A stretch of 63,941 bases of DNA, filler included, from Octopus bimaculoides (lineage: Eukaryota): assembly GCF_001194135.2 (NCBI RefSeq). It is 7 parts of 7 records of this genome, joined end to end, with 100 filler letters (N's around TTAATTAATTAA, not from the genome) between each part and the next. Parts side by side here need not be neighbours in the genome. Positions count along the whole stretch, not along the records: positions 48,212 to 55,832 come from NC_068997.1; positions 55,933 to 58,045 come from NW_026431380.1; positions 58,146 to 63,941 come from NC_068987.1; 4 more parts are not named here. One strand, written 5' to 3'. Under the pieces are notes generated by a model. The model made no database searches. It was not told the origin of the DNA and saw only the letters and a list, made by a program, of their open reading frames with translations. Shown here piece by piece: positions 50,885 through 63,792 of this stretch. The position numbers and the translations under genes are program-made. Position 1 is the stretch's first letter; each line of letters opens with the position of its first letter.

Positions 50885-51200
50885 CAGTTTATTCCCTAGA
50901 AATGTATGCACGCATTGAGTGATCTTTTGAAGTCAGCGTTTGTTAAAATAAATTTCATTTTCAAAATTTAATAGGATTTACAGACAGAATTTAATTTTTT
51001 TATTAACGCCTGTTTTCAAACTAATAACTATTCTGGACCAGGCACTGATAATTCCACGAAGCAATAGAATCGTAGACATCAAGAAATATTTCTCCGGTGT
51101 TCGTGTGCAATCTCCAAAGACTGCCCTCAGTTCGTTGGCTGTTACTGGATTGGTATCGTAAACTTTATCTTTAAAGTATATGCACAAAAATGTCTATTAA
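50885..51200 (-). mobile_element. Tc1/mariner-superfamily transposase 3' end
   Basis: YFKDKVYDTNPVTANELRAV...PEKYF, resembling the LKxKVY...P-T--ELK C-terminal pattern. Confidence 0.6.
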
Positions 51201-52391
51201 TGTGTGGTGCCTTGAACGCGGACCTCTTCGCCCAGTGGAGGCGCAATGGCCCAGTGGTTAGGGCAGTGGACTCGCGGTCATAGGATCGTGGTTTCGATTC
51301 CCAGACAGTTGTCGGCGCTGCGTCTAACACGATCCATTGTATGGTTGACAGTTGAATAAAACGTTGGTGTAACGGAGATATTGTACGTAAATGGGTACAC
51401 TCCGAAAAGGGGTTGCAATGGGAGACGGCAACGGGGAATTGAACTTTATTAATAAAACTACAAAGACATCACAAAAAGTGTTACTCAGAGTTTTACGTTT
51501 CCGTTCGTCGGACAGCTTCAGTTGAGAATGGAACAAAAATAAGGATATTACTTTATTTTTGTTTTATTCTCCACCAAAACNNNNNNNNNNNNNNNNNNNN
51601 NNNNNNNNNNNNNNNNNNNNNNNNNNNNNNNNNNNNNNNNNNNNNNNNNNNNNNNNNNNNNNNNNNNNNNNNNNNNNNNNNNNNNNNNNNNNNNNNNNNN
51701 NNNNNNNNNNNNNNNNNNNNNNNNNNNNNNNNNNNNNNNNNNNNNNNNNNNNNNNNNNNNNNNNNNNNNNNNNNNNNNNNNNNNNNNNNNNNNNNNNNNN
51801 NNNNNNNNNNNNNNNNNNNNNNNNNNNNNNNNNNNNNNNNNNNNNNNNNNNNNNNNNNNNNNNNNNNNNNNNNNNNNNNNNNNNNNNNNNNNNNNNNNNN
51901 NNNNNNNNNNNNNNNNNNNNNNNNNNNNNNNNNNNNNNNNNNNNNNNNNNNNNNNNNNNNNNNNNNNNNNNNNNNNNNNNNNNNNNNNNNNNNNNNNNNN
52001 NNNNNNNNNNNNNNNNNNNNNNNNNNNNNNNNNNNNNNNNNNNNNNNNNNNNNNNNNNNNNNNNNNNNNNNNNNNNNNNNNNNNNNNNNNNNNNNNNNNN
52101 NNNNNNNNNNNNNNNNNNNNNNNNNNNNNNNNNNNNNNNNNNNNNNNNNNNNNNNNNNNNNNNNNNNNNNNNNNNNNNNNNNNNNNNNNNNNNNNNNNNN
52201 NNNNNNNNNNNNNNNNNNNNNNNNNNNNNNNNNNNNNNNNNNNNNNNNNNNNNNNNNNNNNNNNNNNNNNNNNNNNNNNNNNNNNNNNNNNNNNNNNNNN
52301 NNNNNNNNNNNNNNNNNNNNNNNNNNNNNNNNNNNNNNNNNNNNNNNNNNNNNNNNNNNNNNNNNNNNNNNNNNNNNNTCTCTCTCTCCCT

Positions 52392-52454
<63 letters not shown>

Positions 52455-52724
52455 AAGATCTTAAAAACGTCGATATAAATAGATAGAGTTCAAATATATT
52501 GCTCAGGTAGCTTATCAGGATTAAGAAATATTTCTTGTTATTTTTTTCTCTGTTCAAGTTTATCCTATTTATAAACACTAGACGAATTAGGATTATTAGG
52601 ATTATTAGAGGCTTAATAACAGTGCATAAAATAATATATACCCTAGTTGATATTTCGTTTGAAAATTCATATACGTTAACTCCCTATTGAGATATTAGCA
52701 GTTGTTTTTTTCTTTTTAATTATA

Positions 52725-52729
<5 letters not shown>

Positions 52730-52763
<34 letters not shown>

Positions 52764-52768
52764 CATTA

Positions 52769-52840
<72 letters not shown>
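52730..52840. repeat. (ATT)n microsatellite
   Basis: Direct reading. Other TAA/ATT arrays at about 58317-58396, 58810-58875, 62848-62905 and 63068-63122. Confidence 0.95.
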
Positions 52841-52845
<5 letters not shown>

Positions 52846-53302
52846 ATAATTCTATAGTCTCATGCCAGCCAACTAACGATGTTAACCGAACCGTTTCATA
52901 CCAAAAATGGAGAGATAAATTTAGCAATCATCGGACTAAATTTCATATCGAATTTCTAACAAGACACCAAACACTCTTCATTATCAAATTTCGCCATATT
53001 GTTATATTCATANNNNNNNNNNNNNNNNNNNNNNNNNNNNNNNNNNNNNNNNNNNNNNNNNNNNNNNNNNNNNNNNNNNNNNNNNNNNNNNNNNNNNNNN
53101 NNNNNNNNNNNNNNNNNNNNNNNNNNNNNNNNNNNNNNNNNNNNNNNNNNNNNNNNNNNNNNNNNNNNNNNNNNNNNNNNNNNNNNNNNNNNNNNNNNAT
53201 ACATATATATGTATACATATACATATATATACACATATACACATATAAGAATATACATACATATACAGCAATTGTATATTGTATATTTATTTTATAAACA
53301 TA

Positions 53303-53970
53303 TATGAGGCGTATTCCAGAAATTTTAAACTTTTCTAAGAGACGCAGTTGTATGTCCTAAATTATTGTAATTTTAATATATCAATACTAACCATTTAATA
53401 AGCTGACCTACCAGGTTAAAGGAGACGGCTGTAACAGCACTTTAAACACACCCTACTAAACACTGCTTGTCACAGCTGAATGATTTTGCAGAATGCATTC
53501 TGGACATTTGAAGTTCGTTATGCCATAAATTTTGTCTTAAACCGGTCAAAAACGCTACAGTAACTTGAAATACTTCAGACTGTCTCTGGATCAACTATCT
53601 AGCTGACACAAGTGATTCAAGCACGGTAGAGAAGAGATGAGAGATGTGAGAGGGAGAGGGACGTCAGAACATCAGAGTTAGTTGTAAAACTTCGCAATTT
53701 TCTAGATAAAGACCGTCGTGTGTCTATAAGGACAATAAGCATACAGTTTGAAGTTGGTGTGGGATGGCAACTATACACAAAATCATTCGTGAAGATCTGC
53801 AGATGCGCAAAATTTGTGCCAACTTTTTTCTTAAGGTGCTCAATGACAAGCATCCTGGTAACCAACTACTTGGCAGAGATGGGCATTAAAACTACCTACA
53901 GTACAGACTTTTCTCCTTGTGACTTTTAGCTGTTCCATAAGCTGAAAGAAAATCTACGGGGCAGTCGTAT
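53303..53970 (+). mobile_element. Internally deleted mariner relic
   Basis: TATGAGG TIR-like start; LRNFLDKDRRVSIRTISIQFEVG...IIREDLQMRKICA...YSTDFSPCDF*LFHKLKENLRG. Confidence 0.8.
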
Positions 53971-54949
53971 ATATGTATATGAGTGTAAGTGTACTGTATT
54001 ATATATCCATTAAGACACAACTTAAGATCGGTCTCGCATTGGGCATTGAACCGGATGTTAGATGACAACAGGATAAAGTAATACTGTGTGCTCGTCAGAG
54101 CTCATCCGGTTTAAAACCCAGTGCGAAAGCGATTTGTAAGCTCAGCCGTAATGGATACATAATACAGCATACTTTGATTGATACACCCACGCTATGAACA
54201 AATATACGAGAGCATGTATGTTTTCTGATTTATAGATTCTTTGACTGCAGACACGCACGCGCACATATGTGTATGTATGTGTGTGTGTATGTGCGTGTAT
54301 GTATGTATGTATGTATGTATGCGTGTACACGATGAGCTTCTGCACAGTTTCCGACTAACAAATTTGCTCACAAGACATTGGTCAGCCCGGGGGTTGAACC
54401 AGAAACCACATGGTTGCAAAGCGAGCTACTTCACCACGCAGCCATTTTCTGTACCTAAAATGAATATTTACTTAATAATATCAGACTGACGGGTAAAATA
54501 TTCAAATCATTGGTATTTTTTAAGGTACGGTGATCACATTAAATTGTGTTGGCGCCTAAATTTAGGATTAGGGGTACATGGTGGGTAACCAAAAAAAAAA
54601 ATTAGGGTGAAGAGAAGAAATTTTAAATTGATTTAAACAAAATNNNNNNNNNNNNNNNNNNNNNNNNNNNNNNNNNNNNNNNNNNNNNNNNNNNNNNNNN
54701 NNNNNNNNNNNNNNNNNNNNNNNNNNNNNNNNNNNNNNNNNNNNNNNNNNNNNNNNNNNNNNNNNNNNNNNNNNNNNNNNNNNNNNNNNNNNNNNNNNNN
54801 NNNNNNNNNNNNNNNNNNNNNNNNNNNNNNNNNNNNNNNNNNNNNNNNNNNNNNNNNNNNNNNNNNNNNNNTATATATACATATATATGAATATATGTAT
54901 ACATATATAATTATATAAATATATGATATATATAGAGAGGGCGAGGTAT

Positions 54950-54999
<50 letters not shown>

Positions 55000-55103
55000 A
55001 TGTATACACACACACACACAAACACACACACACAAACACACACACAGACAAACACAAACACACACACACAAACACACACACACACGCACATATATATACT
55101 CAC

Positions 55104-55148
<45 letters not shown>

Positions 55149-55160
55149 ACGCTCATGTAG

Positions 55161-55214
<54 letters not shown>

Positions 55215-55224
55215 NNNNNNNNNN

Positions 55225-55287
<63 letters not shown>

Positions 55288-55976
55288 CGCAACTATTCAT
55301 TACTTTATAAACCCTAAGCATTGCGTCTCTCCAGCAGAGAATCACTTAGTTTGAAAAATGCAAGAAAGTGGAAACAAGAGGAATACCAAAAACAAAATAT
55401 ATAAATAAATAAATAAATAAAGTAAACCAGAACCGCAACAAAAAAAAAACACACCAGTGAAACAAAACAAAACAAAATAAAATGTATTCTTCCTGTATGA
55501 ATGCCATAAATAACAAGATATACAACAATAACTACTGCTTCAGTAACAACAACAGCAATAGAAATATTAAAAAATAAGTCTTGAAAAACAACACAAAAAA
55601 TAATAAGACAAAAATAAAAAGCGGGGTGAGATTTAGAAGGGGAGAAATTTTGCTTTGCTTGTTTAGAGATTTTGTGTGGGGGGGAGGTATGTGTGTATGT
55701 GTGAGTGTGTATGTGTGTGCAGCTATATATATACTTGCGTGTGTGTATGCATACATGTACATACACACACACAGATATACATACAATATGCATTATGTAT
55801 GCGTGTGTATATATATATATATATATATATATNNNNNNNNNNNNNNNNNNNNNNNNNNNNNNNNNNNNNNNNNNNNTTAATTAATTAANNNNNNNNNNNN
55901 NNNNNNNNNNNNNNNNNNNNNNNNNNNNNNNNCAGATCTGTTCATTATCATCTCAACGTATCTTTAACTCTTTCAG

Positions 55977-56107
55977 ATGTTTCTATGATCCCACTGCACC
56001 ATCTGGAGAAAGTGCTTCAAATTATATTTGTGAACTACATAGCCCATTCGCTTATTTTTATATAGATGAAATCTCACTATATGTGGGCTCTTTATTTGAT
56101 ATTTTTT
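55977..56107 (+). CDS. Candidate exon A of unidentified gene
   Basis: CTTTAACTCTTTCAG| acceptor, open frame CFYDPTAPSGESASNYICELHSPFAYFYIDEISLYVGSLFDIF, donor T|GTATGA. Phase 1 end. Confidence 0.5.
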
Positions 56108-56267
56108 GTATGAACTTGTCCAGGTGCCGTTTAAGTATTATAAGGAAAGTTTATGTGTTCTTTTTTTGGGGTAATAATCCATTGTTAATGATGTAGAACT
56201 ATTTGAAATAAAGATAAACATCTATGACATAATGTTCTTAAAGACGTGATCACATTTATTGTAACAG

Positions 56268-56367
56268 GCGTGAAGTGCAGAGAGCTAAACTCGGAATGTT
56301 TGTGGATTGGGTACCGGCGCCTTCTGAACCCTATTGCTGAATTTTCAGTATTATACCATTCAAAAAG
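56268..56367 (+). CDS. Candidate exon B, phase-compatible with exon A
   Basis: ATTTATTGTAACAG| acceptor. The only fully open frame (C)VKCRELNSECLWIGYRRLLNPIAEFSVLYHSK starts in phase 1. Donor AAG|GTGATA. Confidence 0.5.
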
Positions 56368-56547
56368 GTGATACAGATAGATGTGTTTGAGCATTTTCAG
56401 GCGATTGCACTAATTAAGTAATGCCATGATACATTTAGTCAATTTCCGTAAATGACATCTAGGGGCTACTATGTCAAAATATATATATACATATGTATGC
56501 ATATACAAATACATATATATATATGCATACATTATATATATATACAT

Positions 56548-56582
<35 letters not shown>

Positions 56583-58164
56583 NNNNNNNNNNNNNNNNNN
56601 NNNNNNNNNNNNNNNNNNNNNNNNNNNNNNNNNNNNNNNNNNNNNNNNNNNNNNNNNNNNNNNNNNNNNNNNNNNNNNNNNNNNNNNNNNNNNNNNNNNN
56701 NNNNNNNNNNNNNNNNNNNNNNNNNNNNNNNNNNNNNNNNNNNNNNNNNNNNNNNNNNNNNNNNNNNNNNNNNNNNNNNNNNNNNNNNNNNNNNNNNNNN
56801 NNNNNNNNNNNNNNNNNNNNNNNNNNNNNNNNNNNNNNNNNNNNNNNNNNNNNNNNNNNNNNNNNNNNNNNNNTATATACACACATACAAACACACACAC
56901 ACACACATATATATATATATGTGTATGTATGTATGTGTGTGTATATGTTTGTGTGTCTGTGTTTGTCCCGCCAACATCGCTTGACAACCGATGCTGGTGT
57001 GTTTACGTGCCCGCTATCAAGCGGTTCGGCAAAAGAGACCGATAGAATAAGTACTAGGCTTACAAAGAATAAGTCCTGGGGTCGATTTGCTCGACTAAAG
57101 GCGGTGCTCCAGCATGGCCTCGGTCAAAATGACTGAAACAAGTAAGAGAGTAAATATAAACACTATAATCTGCTATACACGTCAAGAAGTCAATAAACGA
57201 GAATTGTAAGGACACAGATTATTATATAAGCGTGTTAATCGCAATGCCACTGAAAGGTATCCTTGTTCTAATATCATTTAAGAAGTACGCATATATATAT
57301 TGCTATGTACTTGAATGTGTGACTGTGTGTGTTTGTGTACGTTGTGTTTATATATGTTAATGTCTGTGTAATAGTTGCAAGTTAAAGAAATGCGAAAAAT
57401 CAAGACACACATTGAGATAGTTGTAAAACAATCGAAATGTTGTACAATTGTTTGTTGATGCAGCCGAAATCTTGTTACAAAAGCACACGAACATATTCAC
57501 AACTATTCAGTTACACGGGATTCTTATTAAACTTCTTCACACATGAAATTGTTACCGGATACAAATAGCGGATATGACCACTTAATCTATCCTAGTGGAA
57601 GCTGAAGTGTTCTTAACAGATGGATGATTTTATAGCAATCTTGAACATTTCATTTATGGTCACTTGTTAGGCGCGGAGTTTTGAATATCACCACCATATT
57701 AATGTTATTTATTAACACACAAACACAAATGATTAGGCACACTGACACATCACAGCTGATACACATATACCTATAAACATAAATACATACATACATGTGT
57801 TTGTGTGAATGTGTCTGGCTGTCTGTCCAAGTGAATATACATATTCATGTGCATTCATAAACGCATTTACGTGTGTATGTATAAATATGTATATATATGT
57901 ACATTTGTGGATACATGTATTTACAAGCATCTATGCTTATATATATGCATACATATATATATGCTTATAGCTACCTAAAATTACTTGAAATTTCAATATC
58001 TGTACGTTTAAACGCATATACATACGATGGACAGACATATTAACANNNNNNNNNNNNNNNNNNNNNNNNNNNNNNNNNNNNNNNNNNNNTTAATTAATTA
58101 ANNNNNNNNNNNNNNNNNNNNNNNNNNNNNNNNNNNNNNNNNNNNCTTCTTCTCTTTTTTTTTT

Positions 58165-58315
58165 TAAGCGGTGAGCTGACAGAATCGTTAGCATGTTGGG
58201 CAAAATGCTAAGCGGCATTTCGTCCGTCCTTACGGTCTGAGTTCAAATACCATCGAGGTCGACTTTGCCTTTCATCCTTTCGGGATCGATAAATTAAGTA
58301 CCAGTTACACGAGTC

Positions 58316-58369
<54 letters not shown>

Positions 58370-58838
58370 GTAATAGTAATAATAATAATAATAATCCTTT
58401 CTACTAGAGGAGACTAGTCGATTACATCCACCCCAGCGCACGACTAGTAATTATTCCATCGACCTCGAAGTGATGAAAGGCAAAGTCGACCTCGGCAGAA
58501 TTTAAACTCGGAATGTAAAGCTGGGCGAAATGCCGCCAAGCACTTCGACCGCCGTGCAAACGATTCTGCCATAATAATAATAATAATAATTATGGTTTTA
58601 AATTTTGCCACAAGGGCAGCAATTTTGGGAGAGGGGTTAAGTCGATTACATCGACTCCAGTGTTCAACTAGTACTTATTTTATCGACCCCAAAAGGATGA
58701 ATGGCATATTCGACCTCGGCGGAATTTGAACTCAGAAAGAAGCGACAGACGAAATACCGCTAAGAATTTCGACCGGTGTGCTAACGATTCTGCTATCTTG
58801 CTGCCTTCATAATAATAATAATAACAATAATAATACTA

Positions 58839-58873
<35 letters not shown>

Positions 58874-59090
58874 CATCATTGCAGAAACATTAGCACGGCG
58901 GAATAAACGCTAAGTGTCCCTTTTTCCGTCTCTTTACATTCTTGGTCTAAATTCTGCCAAAGTTTACGTTACCTTCCATCCTTATGAGATCGATAAATTA
59001 AGTACCAGTTGAGTACTGGGGTCGATGTAATCGACTAGCCCCCTTCCACCAAATTCCAGGCCTTGTGCCTATAGAAGAACGGATTATTGA
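58165..59090. mobile_element. Cluster of 4-5 SINE family A copies in alternating orientation within (TAA)n arrays
   Basis: Plus copies at about 58165-58310 and 58880-59080; minus copies at about 58400-58570 and 58590-58805. Confidence 0.85.
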
Positions 59091-59229
59091 TACTGTTGTT
59101 GTTGTTATTGTTGTTGTTTTGTCTTCCACACCTTTCTTTCCCTGGTGTCAGATAACAGACTGTAAACATGTACTTAATTATTAACCAGTCGTCCCATATC
59201 CGAAACTCTCGGAAACTGGACATTGTCCA

Positions 59230-59260
59230 TGACGTCAGAGCCGACGTCAAAGCCACCAAT
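59230..59260. promoter_or_regulatory. Possible promoter motif cluster (CRE, CRE-like, CCAAT)
   Basis: TGACGTCA at 59230-59237, CGACGTCA at 59242-59249 and CCAAT at 59256-59260 in a unique, relatively GC-rich patch. Confidence 0.3.
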
Positions 59261-59930
59261 CAGCTTCCCTTCAGGAGTGTTTCCTCATCAGCACCACCCT
59301 AGGACCAATGTAAACAAATGCATATATACATATATGAGGGGTCGGCTTTTTGAATTACAAACACAAAGTCCCCGGAAAGTTTCCACACTTGAACAAAAAC
59401 CCCTCCATCGACCCATCCATCAACAAGTTGTTAATTTGGCATATTACAACAGCGAACATACATCAAGAATTTCCATTATAGTGATAACTATACATTTTAT
59501 TATTGTTGTTATTGTTGTTGTTAAGTTTAGCAAACCATCCTCAGTGGCGTTTCAGATATGACCATCCCGCTTTTTGCCTTTTGGTTGTCTTTTTGTTTTT
59601 ATTAGTTTTTTTGATTCAAAAACATTTTTCTTTTGATAACTTTTGTATTCCACAATGAGTTTTGGTCAATGGATTACGGCCTTGATGGAGCACTGTTTTC
59701 GGAGACTGGGGTGGGGAGGGGTGGGAGAGATTAGGCGCTAGTAAATAGTGTGTATATTTTATCGATATATTTTATCGAAGTGTCCATTTTGAGATAACGC
59801 CGGTTTAACAACAGATGGTGTTATACTAAACATATAAAAACAGATACAGGCGCAAAAATAAACACACATACAATACACACATACTTACACACACATACAC
59901 ATATACATATATACATAGATATAGATATAG

Positions 59931-60003
<73 letters not shown>

Positions 60004-60021
60004 CATGCATACATGCATACA

Positions 60022-60055
<34 letters not shown>

Positions 60056-61399
60056 NNNNNNNNNNNNNNNNNNNNNNNNNNNNNNNNNNNNNNNNNNNNN
60101 NNNNNNNNNNNNNNNNNNNNNNNNNNNNNNNNNNNNNNNNNNNNNNNNNNNNNNNNNNNNNNNNNNNNNNNNNNNNNNNNNNNNNNNNNNNNNNNNNNNN
60201 NNNNNNNNNNNNNNNNNNNNNNNNNNNNNNNNNNNNNNNNNNNNNNNNNNNNNNNNNNNNNNNNNNNNNNNNNNNNNNNNNNNNNNNNNNNNNNNNNNNN
60301 NNNNNNNNNNNNNNNNNNNNNNNNNNNNNNNNNNNNNNNNNNNNNNNNNNNNNNNNNNNNNNNNNNNNNNNNNNNNNNNNNNNNNNNNNNNNNNNNNNNN
60401 NNNNNNNNNNNNNNNNNNNNNNNNNNNNNNNNNNNNNNNNNNNNNNNNNNNNNNNNNNNNNNNNNNNNNNNNNNNNNNNNNNNNNNNNNNNNNNNNNNNN
60501 NNNNNNNNNNNNNNNNNNNNNNNNNNNNNNNNNNNNNNNNNNNNNNNNNNNNNNNNNNNNNNNNNNNNNNNNNNNNNNNNNNNNNNNNNNNNNNNNNNNN
60601 NNNNNNNNNNNNNNNNNNNNNNNNNNNNNNNNNNNNNNNNNNNNNNNNNNNNNNNNNNNNNNNNNNNNNNNNNNNNNNNNNNNNNNNNNNNNNNNNNNNN
60701 NNNNNNNNNNNNNNNNNNNNNNNNNNNNNNNNNNNNNNNNNNNNNNNNNNNNNNNNNNNNNNNNNNNNNNNNNNNNNNNNNNNNNNNNNNNNNNNNNNNN
60801 NNNNNNNNNNNNNNNNNNNNNNNNNNNNNNNNNNNNNNNNNNNNNNNNNNNNNNNNNNNNNNNNNNNNNNNNNNNNNNNNNNNNNNNNNNNNNNNNNNNN
60901 NNNNNNNNNNNNNNNNNNNNNNNNNNNNNNNNNNNNNNNNNNNNNNNNNNNNNNNNNNGTATTTATTTTATCTAGCCCGAAAAAATGCAAGGCAAAATCG
61001 ACAGCGGAGGCAAATGAACTCGGCACTTAAGGAGCCAGAAGAAATGCCGCTTAGCATTTTGTCTAACGCTTTAACGAGTCTGCTACTTCACAACTATAAG
61101 CAGACTTATAAGACTTTCAATTATAGGCACAAGGTCTGAAGTTTTGCGGGAGGAGACCTGTCGATTACATCCACTCCAGAATTTCACTGGTACTTGATTT
61201 ATCGACCTCGGAAAGATGAAAGGCAAAGTCGATCTTGGCGGAATTTGAACTCAGAACGTAGCGACGGGAGAAATACCGCTAAGCATTTCGTCCAGCCTAC
61301 TAACGACTCTGCCAGCTCACAACCTTAAGCAGACTTATAATGAAATCTGTTTCAACCGTACCCACCCTACCTTTTTCTTCACATAGAATCCATCTAGAC

Positions 61400-62855
61400 C
61401 AGTGCTTCTCAACCGAAGTCTTCGTGACTCTTTGAGGTCCATATATGAAGTTTGGGGATCCACACAAGCTAAAAAGTAAATTGGGTCCACAGTAGTATTT
61501 TGTAGGTCATGAAAAAGTTTGCTTTATGTGTATTTATTGTAACAAATAGCCCTGACATTTTAAACACTTCAACTTACACAAGGCAATGTGTAATAAACAA
61601 AACAGGAATTTTGAAAGAAGTAACTATAAAACCAGTTTTTAAACATCGAATGGCTATGGAGGTCCACTAGAATGAAATAGTTATAAAGCTGGGCGAAATG
61701 CCGCAAAGCAATTTGCCCGCCGTGCTAATGTTTCTGCAATAATAATGAGCCGCCGACAAAAAGTCAACCACTTGTTATTTATGGATGAACTCAAACTTTA
61801 TGCTAAAGACGAATCCCAAGTCAGTTCCCTCGTTGATACGGTGTATACTTTCAGTGTTGATATCAGAATGAAGTTCGGACTCAAAAAGTGTGGTGTGTTA
61901 GTCTTGAAGAGAGTCAAAATCAAATATATGGACGGGCTAGCGATACCGTCGCGAGTGGTTATGAAGCAGATAGAAGAGACGGGCTATAAGTACTTGGGGA
62001 TATTGGAAATGGATAAACTGATGGAGAAAGAAATGACAGTAAAATTTAAGGTGGACTACTTGAGTAGACTGAGACTGATCCTTAAGTCGAAATTAAACGG
62101 ACAGAATAACATTGAAGCTATCAACACCTGGGTGGTTTCACTCCTTAGACATTGAGCAGGCGTAAATCGCATGGACGGTAGACGAACTAAACAGCTTAGA
62201 CAGAAAGACAAGGATGTTTCTGACTAGATATGGAATACTACAACCAAAATGTGACACAGACAGACTGTATGTACCAAGAAAAGGAAGGGGAAGAGGACTG
62301 ATTGAATGCATTAGATCAGAAGAAAACAAATTAACATGGTATGTAAAAAAATGCCACAGAACAACTATTATTGGAAGTAAGAAGGTCAGGCTCCTATAGG
62401 ATGGAAGATAGCAAAGATAAAGCACTGTACAAGGACTTGAGAATGAATGAAACTGAAAATTGGTGGATAAAGAAAAGAATGCATGGACAATTTCATAGGG
62501 ATGCTGAAGATAAGACAGAGAAAAAAAGATGGCTATGGATGACTAAAAGTGATTTAAAACCGGAAACGGAGGCTCTAAGCTGTGCTGCCCAAAAGTAAAC
62601 ATTATTACCAATAATAATAATAATGGTTTCAAATTTTGCCACAAGGGCAGCAATTTTCGGTGGGAGGGCATGAGTCGATTACATCAACTCCAGTGTTCAA
62701 CTGGTACTTGATTTATCGACCCCGAAAAGATGAACGGCAAAGTCAACCTCGGCGGAATTCGAACTCAGAACGTAGCGACGGGCGAAATACAGCTAAGCAT
62801 TTCCTCCATCTCGCTAACGATTCTATCAGCTCGCCGCCTTACCGATATTATTATT

Positions 62856-62907
<52 letters not shown>

Positions 62908-63067
62908 TGGAGCACTTGCAGAAAACAGCACAACTTGGAACTGTTCGAATACTCCGTAAGGTGCTCGAAAAATGAGAGGTGTTACCTTAGTTCACTGGTA
63001 GTGAACAGCTGACACTGTAATACATCTCCAGCCTTAGAAGCTGAGCAAAGGCAATAATAACAAAAAA

Positions 63068-63127
<60 letters not shown>

Positions 63128-63192
63128 TGGGGTCCATCAGAATAAAACAGGATTCCAAGTGGCCCATAGATAAAAAGGGTTGAGAACCACTA
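61400..63192. mobile_element. hAT (Charlie-type) MITE split by nested insertions
   Basis: TIRs CAGTGCTTCTCAACC / GGTTGAGAACCACTA. 8-bp TSD ATCTAGAC (61392-61399) / ATCTAGAT (63193-63200). Confidence 0.85.
61745..63060 (+). mobile_element. Dong (R4-clade) LINE fragments in (TAA)n, with an intervening SINE A (about 62614-62840)
   Basis: VNHLLFMDELKLYAK...MKFGLKKC...YKYLGILE...RLYVPRKGRGRGL...MHGQFHR; then C-terminus LQKTAQLGTVRILRKVLEK* and 3' UTR. Confidence 0.9.
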
Positions 63193-63699
63193 ATCTAGAT
63201 TAACATCCAGAATTACGGAAAAAAAAAAAAACAAGGTCGCGTATACCAGTCAGTATTCGATAGTGGTGACATAGTTTCACCATCATTGTTCAAGAGTTAC
63301 GTAACCATTAAAGTATCAATTCTTTGTTTTTAACCTTTTGCTTGTCTTATGTATCACATGTGATATACAATATACTTCCTCGGTGTCCAGAATATATGCA
63401 ACAAGGATTAATTCAAAATTCTGAAAACAGGCATGAATGTTCAGAACAAACTTACGGAAACGCTTTGAAACGGCAAAGGGCTTAGGAAATTACTTTAACA
63501 AACGTTGAACATAACGAGATAGTTCTACAGTATGTATCTTAGCTCTTTACTTTCTGAGTTCAAATTCTGTGTCAAGATTTAAATGCCACAGATTGACTGA
63601 GTTAATTACTGGGTTACAGGATCGTGACTGACTATGGATGGCAGTCTAGGCAGAGGCGTTTTGTGGTTATGTGATGTCACAGTCGAGCGACGATAATGA

Positions 63700-63760
63700 A
63701 AATGAAGAGAGGAAAGGAAATAACGACGACGACACGATGAAGATGATGGTGATGATGATG

Positions 63761-63792
<32 letters not shown>

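Noticed and set aside
51235-51305. tRNA-like sequences with A and B boxes (also heads at 11297, 13738, 39969 and 45510)
   Set aside because: These are SINE heads with no complete cloverleaf, and most continue into SINE bodies.
57525-57640. Possible third exon (SYTGFLLNFFTHEIV...) following 56367
   Set aside because: The phase fits, but a stop follows quickly and there is no convincing donor; kept only as a hint.
1728-61030. Long ORFs in the track made of X, or of IYIY, CVCV, THTH and YLSI runs
   Set aside because: They are read-through of N gaps and microsatellites, not coding sequence.
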